Virus record (IMG/VR): IMGVR_UViG_3300003702_000001
Span: 2,160 to 66,159 of that record
Source: a virus
Lineage: Duplodnaviria > Caudoviricetes
Strand: one strand, 5' to 3'
DNA length: 64,000 nucleotides
In this document: piece by piece, positions 19,196 through 27,672 of the stretch
Position numbering within the stretch: the first letter of the stretch is position 1
How the letters are laid out: every line of letters begins with the position of its first letter
The notes under the pieces: generated by a model
Told to the model about the DNA's origin: nothing
What the model saw: the letters and a program-made list of their open reading frames with translations, nothing else
The model's database searches: none
Made by a program: the position numbers and the translations under genes

Positions 19196-19711
19196 ATGGT
19201 AGAAACATGGAATGACACGAAATTGAAAGTAAATACAATGATAGATGCAGATGAAGCGGGAACTATTGATGAGTCCCTGCGAGTCGTCTGTGGTCATTTG
19301 ATTGCTACTGGTGATGCAAAGCCAGATATGCAACTTCAGATGACTAAGAGCCTAAAGGAAGTCCTAAGAGGACAAAACGGTTATCCGTGGAGAAGGGGCG
19401 GAGGCGGGATTCTTTCCGCTACTGCGCTAAGTGTCGTTGATTCGATATGCTCTGAGGCCGCTAGTTCTTTTGCTACTGCATTCGATGAATGTGGTTCAGG
19501 TATTCGCGCTCTATTAACCCCACATGGTAAGAGTAAGAAGAACTCCTATGCTGATGGTGCTGATTTCGGTCAGTATATCGCTAAGAGTGTTCGGAAGACT
19601 GCTACCTCTCTCTTCAAGGAAGAAATCTGGGACGGAACAATGGATGGCCTAAATGATGCTATCATTCCAGATGAACCCGACGAAGATGATTCATCGGAGG
19701 ATTCTGAGTAG
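19196..19711 (+). CDS. GDAKPD-family protein B (GC-richer)
   Basis: AAGGTGA SD-like sequence; paralog of 18259..18834. Confidence 0.85.
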   Translation: MVETWNDTKLKVNTMIDADEAGTIDESLRVVCGHLIATGDAKPDMQLQMTKSLKEVLRGQNGYPWRRGGGGILSATALSVVDSICSEAASSFATAFDECGSGIRALLTPHGKSKKNSYADGADFGQYIAKSVRKTATSLFKEEIWDGTMDGLNDAIIPDEPDEDDSSEDSE

Positions 19712-20125
19712 TTGTGATTAGCCGTCTTGAGGGGCCACTGGGGGTATGGAGAATAAACACTCCATGCCCCCTTTTTTAATTGATTTTGGATGGTATATCT
19801 CACAAAGTAAAGAACAACCATATGGAGTGGTATTAACGCTTTTTAGATTCAGGTATTGGCTCGGTACGCTACCTCTTATATAACCCCCTCCGGCAGTTAG
19901 TAATAGAAGTCTCCCAATCACCTTTCAACTGTAAGAAGAACCTAATCTCCTTATCAATACACACCATTCAAAGGATGAATCTTTTCCCTCCTTACACAGC
20001 ACTCAAACTAACACTCACACTCAAAGAAACAAATAGATAATATATCTTATATTCTATAACAATATCAGTATGGTATATCCTATATAGTATATGATAACTA
20101 CAATCAGAAGTGATTCAAAATGGCT

Positions 20126-20400
20126 AACATTCTCACTTTCCACCATACGAGAAAGAAGAGGTCAGACAGAATGGGTCAGATAAGGGAGGATATGTATATC
20201 AATATATATAACATTCTTTATTCTTATACTTCTACTACTTACTTACTACTACCCCCCCCTCTCTCTCTTCTCTCTCTCTCTTAGGGGGCTGGAAACGAGA
20301 GAAATGAGAAAAGATGAACATGTTGCATATAATGGTACAGATATACTATGATATGTAGGGCAAAATAACATTCTCAAAGATTGGAAACGATTGGAAAAGA
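20126..20400. other. Origin-like low-complexity region with short repeats
   Basis: ~60-nt pyrimidine-rich tract at 20221-20282; AACATTCT x3; TGGAAA(C/A)GA x3; lies near the strand switch. Confidence 0.35.
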
Positions 20401-20424
20401 TAATAATTTACAATAGGTGATAAA

Positions 20425-21015
20425 ATGAGCAATAGAAAATGGAAGAAATGGACAGATGCAGAAATAAAAAGACTGATTAAGTATTGGGAATCGGGAATAA
20501 AAGTAAAGGAAATTCAAAGAGTATTTTCTAAGACTAGAACTGCTAGTGCAGTTTCAATAAGAATCCATGAACTGCAAAGAGCAGGGAAGATTAAAAATAG
20601 GAATGTTCTTAAAGATAAGGCTTTGAAAAAATCAAAGAAATATAAACAAAGTAATTGGAATACACCTTATACTCCTGAGTGGGTTAAAGCAGGTAAGCAG
20701 GCAATGATGGGACAACCCCCATCAAAGACACAAAGTGTTGTAGCGAGTAATACACCTCACAAGAACATTAGACTTAAATGTGATGAGATTAAAAAAATGC
20801 TTCAAACAAAGAACACTCAGTATGGTGATTCTGCATTAAACCCAATAAGGGTCTTTTCTAAAGCAGATGCAACAGAGCAACTCAAAGTCAGAATAGATGA
20901 TAAATTAAGTCGTCTAGTTCGTGGCAATGATTCAATAGAATCAGATGAAGATGTAGTCAGGGACTTGATAGGTTACTTGGTTCTTCTTCTCATACAATAT
21001 GATACTCAATCCTAA
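20425..21015 (+). CDS. Myb/HTH-like domain fused to a DUF1599-like (MazG-superfamily) domain
   Basis: N-terminal KWTDAEIKRL...RTASAVSIR; C-terminal KNTQYGDS...VRIDDKLSRL...DLIGYLVL. Confidence 0.7.
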   Translation: MSNRKWKKWTDAEIKRLIKYWESGIKVKEIQRVFSKTRTASAVSIRIHELQRAGKIKNRNVLKDKALKKSKKYKQSNWNTPYTPEWVKAGKQAMMGQPPSKTQSVVASNTPHKNIRLKCDEIKKMLQTKNTQYGDSALNPIRVFSKADATEQLKVRIDDKLSRLVRGNDSIESDEDVVRDLIGYLVLLLIQYDTQS

Positions 21016-21730
21016 GTAGGGGAAAATGTTTAGGTTTGTTAAATAAGGTTTGGTGAAATAAAAAGGGATAGAGATATAGGAGTTATGAAGTAACCTGATA
21101 ATCATAGGACTCTCCGGTATAAATAATAGAGTAGTTATGTTGCTTCTGTAAAACAAGTATTCTTAGTATGCGAATCCCCTCGTTTATTAATACTATATTA
21201 ATATGATAATACTTCTTCGTCACGCATGGGCACAGCACCAATTCCTTCCTTAAATATAAACTCAAACTATTGGGAGTTTCAAAGCAGCCGATAGTCGAGA
21301 TAGGTTTACAAATAATAACTAGAAAAGTTTGTTATATGCATCATTGCAATAATAAGTATAATACTGTCGTTGGTATGAACTAGTTCCCTATCGAATTCAA
21401 CTCATGAAGGAGAGAGGCGGGAGAATATGGTAAAAAGTCTTAACTTCCCCGTTCCATTGCAGCCATATGCGTAATTGGTGTTCCTCTCTTCTTCCACATT
21501 AAACTCATCTTTATGATGATGTAAGGTTTGTATAAATAAAAAGGATATAGTCTCTTCTTAATAGTCATTCATAGTGACTAATACATCGGGGTTTTAGTAG
21601 TGTCCTCGCATCCTTCCTTATTCATCAAGAACAACTTTGTAACTTAGGCCCTGTCGGATGGCAGAGCCTAAAACCTGTCAATTTTGACATGTCCCAATCC
21701 TCACTAGTTCGATATTTTTAGATTAATTAT

Positions 21731-21817
21731 TGCGAGGTTCCCAAGTATGGTCAAAGGGGCCGGACTTAAGATTCGGTGCGTAGTGCTTCATGGGTTCAAA
21801 TCCCATCCTCGCAACCA
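21731..21817 (+). tRNA. tRNA-Leu (anticodon TAA), CCA encoded
   Basis: Acceptor stem TGCGAGG/CCTCGCA; D-loop with GG; anticodon arm CCGGA-CTTAAGA-TTCGG; long variable arm; T-arm ATGGG-TTCAAAT-CCCAT; discriminator A plus CCA. Confidence 0.95.
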
Positions 21818-21837
21818 ATTCACATACGGTGATAAAT

Positions 21838-22386
21838 ATGAGTAGAGCAGGTAAGAAATGGATATTAAAATATCCAAGAATAAAGTTTGCCGCTAAATTA
21901 TCATTTGAAATAGCATTTAGTACTCTTAATAAACGAAGACCCTTTACTTGGATTGATGTATATGATTGGGATTTGTTTTGGAATTTTTACTATGCCGCAC
22001 ATCTCTTAGATGATAAATTTAGTATAGAAGAATTATCTTACCCAGATAGTTATGGTAAGAGTCAAAATACATTGAAACAGCATTTTCATTATGTTAAATC
22101 AAACTCAACTGCTATCAAGAAAGTTTATGATATACTTCTAAAAGAAAAGGTAGAAGAAGGACTACTCTTTAAAGGCCAATTTCAAGACCATTCTAGGACA
22201 CGAAGATATAGAACCCCAAAGGGAGCATTAATAGAAGATGGCATGAAATTCTATAATTTCAAAGAATTCCCCGGCTTTCCGAAAAAGTCCCGTATTTATC
22301 GTGACTTAACTTTAATATGCATATTATGTGGGGAACAAATGGCCGGACATGTTAAAGCCAAAAAGTATTGTGACAAATGTAAGTAG
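21838..22386 (+). CDS. Hypothetical protein with C-terminal CxxC...CxxC
   Basis: Start reset to MSRAGK (GGTGA SD); the track start overlaps the tRNA. Confidence 0.7.
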   Translation: MSRAGKKWILKYPRIKFAAKLSFEIAFSTLNKRRPFTWIDVYDWDLFWNFYYAAHLLDDKFSIEELSYPDSYGKSQNTLKQHFHYVKSNSTAIKKVYDILLKEKVEEGLLFKGQFQDHSRTRRYRTPKGALIEDGMKFYNFKEFPGFPKKSRIYRDLTLICILCGEQMAGHVKAKKYCDKCK

Positions 22387-22395
22387 TGAATTAAT

Positions 22396-22692
22396 ATGAA
22401 TGAAGATGAAAGAATTATGAGAAATCTAATGGATATGCAACACCACTTTAATGAGATGGTTTCAGCATATGAAAGACTTCCTTCTCTAAAGAATCCAATA
22501 AGAAAGACTATTCTTGAAGATGCTTTATCTGTAATTGCAGTATCTATGGAAGGCATCACTCATGAGATTGCTGATTTATATAACTTAGTGCCTTTTCAAC
22601 ACTGGTCTAGTGATGAACCACTTGATTTATCAGTAGAAAATAGAACAATAATAGAAATTAAAAGTAGAAACCCAAGGAGAGAAGAAGAATGA
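22396..22692 (+). CDS. Hypothetical protein
   Basis: ORF track. Confidence 0.65.
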   Translation: MNEDERIMRNLMDMQHHFNEMVSAYERLPSLKNPIRKTILEDALSVIAVSMEGITHEIADLYNLVPFQHWSSDEPLDLSVENRTIIEIKSRNPRREEE

Positions 22693-22914
22693 AATGTATG
22701 CAGACAGGAATAGACGAAAGATGTGATTGTGAAGGTAGAATCTATCCACTAACAGCAACAAATTATATTTTATGCATTGAATGTGGGAGACAATATCCTA
22801 TGGAGGAAGAGGAATGAAGAAAGAAGAATATGATAGAAAATCCATAATGGTATATGAAATGGTTCAACAGAATATCAATAGTCCTGAGTTTATTGAAATG
22901 ATGTATGAGTATTT

Positions 22915-23172
22915 TTGGCCGGAGGGAGAAGAATGAAGAAGAAAATATCAGCATGGTTAGACATGAATGATGATGGTAAACTAACCATAGAAGATGTAAC
23001 AGAAACTAGGATGTTTAGTCATGAATGGATGTTACTAGCAGGATTAGCAATTGCTATTGGTAGTGCAGGTAATGTTCTCGGTTATTGGACAATCAATTCT
23101 GATTTCTTTTGGTTCTGTGCGGCTGTTGCGGCTATATCAGAATACCTTGATGATATACGGAAGAGAGTTTAA
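22915..23172 (+). CDS. Small membrane protein (2 TM) with EF-hand-like loop; holin candidate
   Basis: DMNDDGKLTIED followed by two hydrophobic segments and a basic C-terminus. Confidence 0.55.
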   Translation: MAGGRRMKKKISAWLDMNDDGKLTIEDVTETRMFSHEWMLLAGLAIAIGSAGNVLGYWTINSDFFWFCAAVAAISEYLDDIRKRV

Positions 23173-23430
23173 ATGAACCCAAAATATTTCACAGATGAAT
23201 ATGGAAATAAGTGGATGGAATTTGATAGTAAGTTATTTCCAGAAAAAAGATGTAAGATAATCCTACCAAAGGAGGCCACTAAAAATGGCCTATAGAAAAG
23301 AGAACATGCCCAAATCAGAAAAGATAATTCTAGTTAGACCATGCATGATATGTAAGAAGAATAGGATTGTATGGTCTAACACGCACGGCGCTCAATGTAG
23401 AGAATGCTTTGAAGCAAGGAGAGAAGAAGA

Positions 23431-23628
23431 ATGATAAATACTAGAATATTTGAAAAACCCCAATATGAGTGGTTAATAACTATGACTGTTCATTGCGAAT
23501 TAACAGTGGAACAACAGACAAGATTAGTTTATCTATTAAGTTTTACTAATCCACTATTTAGTGCTGAATGGTTTGACGATGAAGTAGAAGAATATAGACA
23601 AGCACAAAATAAAACACAAAGAGAGTGA
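23431..23628 (+). CDS. Hypothetical protein
   Basis: ORF track. Confidence 0.55.
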   Translation: MINTRIFEKPQYEWLITMTVHCELTVEQQTRLVYLLSFTNPLFSAEWFDDEVEEYRQAQNKTQRE

Positions 23629-23632
23629 TAAA

Positions 23633-23875
23633 ATGATAGAAGAAATAAATGTGGAATTTAGGTTAGTTAATGACCCCGATATGCCACCAATAGTAATAAC
23701 AATGAATGATGATGATAAGCCAAAGGTAGTGATAAATGCTACACATAAAATTTGGCTATCCTATTATCGTAAAACGATAGGCGGGTGTGCAGAATCCCTG
23801 TATGGAAAGATAGACGAACTACTAGCGGGTTATCTCCGAGAACAACGAGCCTTTGAGATGATGGATAATGAGTAA
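23633..23875 (+). CDS. Hypothetical protein
   Basis: ORF track; coupled to the next ORF. Confidence 0.65.
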   Translation: MIEEINVEFRLVNDPDMPPIVITMNDDDKPKVVINATHKIWLSYYRKTIGGCAESLYGKIDELLAGYLREQRAFEMMDNE

Positions 23876-25466
23876 ATATTCTATACCAACCAATAGATTT
23901 ATTGCTAATTTAGGTAGGTCAACTACATATAGATGGGAAGAACCTATGACTAATAAAGACTATAGATTAATAATGATAGATTTTATGACAGAATGTGAAC
24001 TAGAATTTAGTGACCTTCAATTTATGAATTTATCTCCTGTTATTTTAACCAAATGGTTAGAAGAAAATAATAAACCATATTATTGGGCAAACATCATTCA
24101 AAGCATGATTAAATGTAAGAGGAAAAATGGAATAAGTAAACTACATCATTTGTGCACAGTATTATTTCCTGAATATCCTTGGAGAGTCTATTTATTTCCC
24201 TATCAATCTTGGAAAGTAAAGCAAAATAGAACAGATATGATGAATGATTTATGTAATTTTACAGGTATTACTTCTCATGAAGAATTTTATGATGTTCCTA
24301 CCTATACTTTCTTTAATGACTTTGCTTATGAGGTCATGAGAAAAAAATCCGAAAGTTATACTAGAGGGAAAAACAAAATTTCTATGGCAAATATAGTAAT
24401 ACGCGCTGATTGGGGGCCTTGGTATGAACTAGTAATGGAGTATTGGGATGATAAAGTTGCTACAGGATATAATAATGGAGAACCAATAGTTTGGGAAAAA
24501 TATAGATTACTTGCTCTTAATATGAGTAAAGAAGAAAATTTAGAACTAGCCAAACTTTGGTGGAAACTAACTAAAGAAAGAGCAGGGATAAATACGGCAG
24601 AAGATTTGTATGAGTTACAAACTACTGATTTACTTAAATATCCGGGTGGAATGAAATTTGTTCATAAGTTTTTCAGGGAAAAGAATGACAATAATTGTAA
24701 CGGGCTTGTTTCTTTCTTAGAATTAATGGATGAACAAATACCTTATGATTGGTTTAAGTTACACTATATTAGGAAAGTCAAATATTGGCAAAGTGATAAG
24801 TATTGTAGGGAATATTTTTTCAAATTACTAAATCATTATGAGTTAGGAGAGCCAAAAAATCTAACATTAGTTACATGGGAAATGATAATTGACTATCATG
24901 GTTTTACTTTTTGTAAAATGAATGGTGAACAAGGAGTAGCGAGAAGAATTATTGAATTATTCCCTGAATGGAATCTTGAACATAGAGACTTTATTTACAA
25001 TAGTAAATCAGAGAGATTTGGTGTTAAGGTATTTCAAAATTGGTTTGGATATGAAAATATAACTGACCAATTCAAATTGCCTATTAAATGGTCAAATGGA
25101 AACCAAATGAGAGTAGATTGCTTAATAAAACACCTAAATATATTAACCGAATTTAATGGATTATCTCACTATAGAGTATCTTTCTTTAACAAAAGATATA
25201 AACATAGACCAAATCATTTAGAATTAGCCGCAAAAAGATTTGCGAGACAAGAGGAATGTGATATAGAGAAAAGATTAAGTGCGGAAGGTTTAGGTTATAG
25301 GTATTTGATTTTACCTTGGACTAAGCATGACCCAACCCTACCAAAATGGAATAAAACATTTGATAAGAAAACGAAGAAATCGTGTGGTGTAAGTTTTATT
25401 AAACTATGCGAACTGCAAGGAATAACAAGAGAAGAAATAGAAGGTGCTAGATATGGAAGAAGATAG
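23868..25466 (+). CDS. Repeat-containing protein with C-terminal PD-(D/E)xK/Vsr-like endonuclease domain
   Basis: SKSE...MRVDC...LTEFNGLSHY...DIEKR; aromatic-rich N-terminal repeat units. Confidence 0.6.
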   Translation: MSKYSIPTNRFIANLGRSTTYRWEEPMTNKDYRLIMIDFMTECELEFSDLQFMNLSPVILTKWLEENNKPYYWANIIQSMIKCKRKNGISKLHHLCTVLFPEYPWRVYLFPYQSWKVKQNRTDMMNDLCNFTGITSHEEFYDVPTYTFFNDFAYEVMRKKSESYTRGKNKISMANIVIRADWGPWYELVMEYWDDKVATGYNNGEPIVWEKYRLLALNMSKEENLELAKLWWKLTKERAGINTAEDLYELQTTDLLKYPGGMKFVHKFFREKNDNNCNGLVSFLELMDEQIPYDWFKLHYIRKVKYWQSDKYCREYFFKLLNHYELGEPKNLTLVTWEMIIDYHGFTFCKMNGEQGVARRIIELFPEWNLEHRDFIYNSKSERFGVKVFQNWFGYENITDQFKLPIKWSNGNQMRVDCLIKHLNILTEFNGLSHYRVSFFNKRYKHRPNHLELAAKRFARQEECDIEKRLSAEGLGYRYLILPWTKHDPTLPKWNKTFDKKTKKSCGVSFIKLCELQGITREEIEGARYGRR

Positions 25467-26655
25467 AATTACAGCAAAGAGAGAATTAGGCCAAGGCCGT
25501 TGGGATAAAATCCTAAAGAGAAAGATGACTGAGTTATCTGTATCTGATGATTATAATGAAGCGAAATATGAATGGATGGCTACAGGTAATGTATGGTGGT
25601 CCGGTATGGGTGGAGAACCTAGACCGCATTGGGCTATGGAACACCCCGACCAATGTTTGTGTACCCATAGAATTATTTTTCACTTTGAAATTTTAAACAC
25701 TGAAAATCAGATTAGAGAATGTGTAGGTTCAGACCACATAAACACCTATCTGATTATTCGTGCGCTTGCTGAAGAACATAATCTTTCTAGTGATGAAATT
25801 ACCGAAGATATGATTCAAGAATGGATTGATGTTCGGGTAGAATCTATGAAGAAGACTGCTTGGTGGGCCGCTAATGGTGAGAATTTCACTGATATGTTTA
25901 ATGAAGTGAAGGAGTTTGATTTGAGAATAAATGTTCGTCAGACAGGAAAATTTGTGTATGATGCAAAGTATGCTAGACAAATGGAAGCCACAAAGATTCG
26001 TAAGGTTGGCAAAGGAACTTTTGGAAGTCCATCTTATCGAATGGCTAGTATTGTATGGAGATGGAATCACCCAGATAATAAAAGAAATCAACAGTCTAAA
26101 AGAGGTTATCCTAATGAAAAGTTGATGAATGACTTGACGCTATTCTATGCTATGGTAGAACTACATAAGGAAACTGTATCTGTAGAGGATGCAGAATTAG
26201 CGGCGCGTTTAACAGAAGTTGACCTGATTAGAAAAGAACAAGCAGAAAAAGCGATGGAGGCCGTAGAAATGGGTGCTAAGAGATTAGCACACCATGATGC
26301 TAAAATGGCAGTAGTCCGTTCTGTAAGGGAAGCAGAGAAACAGGCTCAGTTTGCAGAGAGATGTGCTTACTTTGATTTACCCATTTTTTCTGAAGATGAT
26401 GCCGATAATGATTGGGAGAGAAAGTTCATAAGGAGTGTTCGTACTTGGATTACTACCGGCAAAGAGCCAACAGAAAAACAAGTCTTGACCCTTCGTAAAA
26501 TACTAGACAAAACTATTAAGGAAGCAGAACCCGCCTCAATAGCCCAATGTAACTATCTTAGAAACCTAGGATTTGAGGGTGATTTTGCGATACTTAATAA
26601 GAAGACGGCTTCTCAAGAGATAGATAGAATACTAAAGGAAAGGAAAGAAGAATGA
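25444..26655 (+). CDS. Hypothetical protein with CxCxH...CVGSDH metal-binding motif
   Basis: CLCTHRI...ECVGSDHI; coiled-coil; C-terminal PASIAQCNYLRNL...ASQEID helical module. Confidence 0.8.
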   Translation: MLDMEEDRITAKRELGQGRWDKILKRKMTELSVSDDYNEAKYEWMATGNVWWSGMGGEPRPHWAMEHPDQCLCTHRIIFHFEILNTENQIRECVGSDHINTYLIIRALAEEHNLSSDEITEDMIQEWIDVRVESMKKTAWWAANGENFTDMFNEVKEFDLRINVRQTGKFVYDAKYARQMEATKIRKVGKGTFGSPSYRMASIVWRWNHPDNKRNQQSKRGYPNEKLMNDLTLFYAMVELHKETVSVEDAELAARLTEVDLIRKEQAEKAMEAVEMGAKRLAHHDAKMAVVRSVREAEKQAQFAERCAYFDLPIFSEDDADNDWERKFIRSVRTWITTGKEPTEKQVLTLRKILDKTIKEAEPASIAQCNYLRNLGFEGDFAILNKKTASQEIDRILKERKEE

Positions 26656-26741
26656 GTAAATTAGGAAATTTGGCTAGATTTGCTGTTGGAGTAGCCTTCA
26701 TCAGTATCATGTGGCCTATAGGATTATTTGAGGAATGAACA

Positions 26742-26960
26742 ATGACCGATAAAAAAAGTGAAATAAAGAAAACCGTGAAGAAAGAAGAAGTGCCGGAATT
26801 GCCTACTGCCGAAGAACAGTTACAACAAGCGCAATTGATTATTAATCAATTAGCAGGGCAACTTCAAAACTATCAGAATTTGTGTGTTCATTATGAACAA
26901 ACAGTTAATATTCTGACAGGAAGATTGATGGAGGGCCGGGCTGTAACGGAACAGTTATAG
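26742..26960 (+). CDS. Small coiled-coil protein
   Basis: Heptad Gln/Leu pattern. Confidence 0.65.
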   Translation: MTDKKSEIKKTVKKEEVPELPTAEEQLQQAQLIINQLAGQLQNYQNLCVHYEQTVNILTGRLMEGRAVTEQL

Positions 26961-26999
26961 ACCGACAAGGAATATGAGAAAAACAAGGAGTGAAATAAA

Positions 27000-27203
27000 A
27001 TGAAATTAAGAATTATGAATGAAACAGGTCACACTGACCTAATATTGAACCAAGAAGAAATGATTGAACAGATTAATGACCACCCTACGCATTGGGTGTT
27101 TATTGATGGGGAATGTGTTTTGAGAGAAAACATAACCTCAGTGGAATGGGACACTGTAGATAATGTGAATCTCGTCCCGGCAATTGTCGGAGGAACTGAG
27201 TAA
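27000..27203 (+). CDS. Ubiquitin-like (beta-grasp; SAMP/MoaD/ThiS-like) protein with GG plus a 2-residue extension
   Basis: 67 aa; MKLRI first strand; WVFIDG; terminal hydrophobic strand VNLVPAIVGG-TE. Confidence 0.75.
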   Translation: MKLRIMNETGHTDLILNQEEMIEQINDHPTHWVFIDGECVLRENITSVEWDTVDNVNLVPAIVGGTE

Positions 27204-27229
27204 GCACCTTAATTGGTGTTTTCTCATAT

Positions 27230-27260
27230 GTGGTGGTAATTTGCCCCCCAATTACCCCAC
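27230..27260 (+). terminator. Stem-loop after the Ubl gene (terminator or processing site)
   Basis: GTGGTGGTAATT / AATTACCCCAC arms, followed by a pyrimidine run. Confidence 0.35.
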
Positions 27261-27287
27261 TACCCTTTCTTCAGGAGAGAGAATATC

Positions 27288-27671
27288 GTGGATTTATGCG
27301 ATTATTCTAATATTATTCCGAAAGGAATGCTACCAATCGTGCTAGAAGCACATGGTTGGATATACAAAGATAGTATAAGTTATTTAGACTATACTTTGAT
27401 GAAACCCGACTTCTACCCTTCGGGGTTTGTTCTTGCTGTAAGTAAGAAAGCAATAATAGTTTGCGGTGGAGAATCCCTAATCAAATTTAAGGGTAATGAA
27501 TATTCAGATGTTAAGGAATTAATAGATGAATTTGGAAGGGCTATCATAGATACCTTTCCGCAATGGACATTTGAAATAGAAAAGGAATGGACCGTTATGA
27601 AAAACGGAGAGTATGTCCATTCTTTTTCTTCATTTGCGCAAATAGCAGAGAGAAAGAAACTAAGGTGTTAA
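27288..27671 (+). CDS. Hypothetical protein
   Basis: ORF track; GGAGAG SD-like sequence, GTG start. Confidence 0.7.
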   Translation: MDLCDYSNIIPKGMLPIVLEAHGWIYKDSISYLDYTLMKPDFYPSGFVLAVSKKAIIVCGGESLIKFKGNEYSDVKELIDEFGRAIIDTFPQWTFEIEKEWTVMKNGEYVHSFSSFAQIAERKKLRC

Positions 27672-27672
27672 G

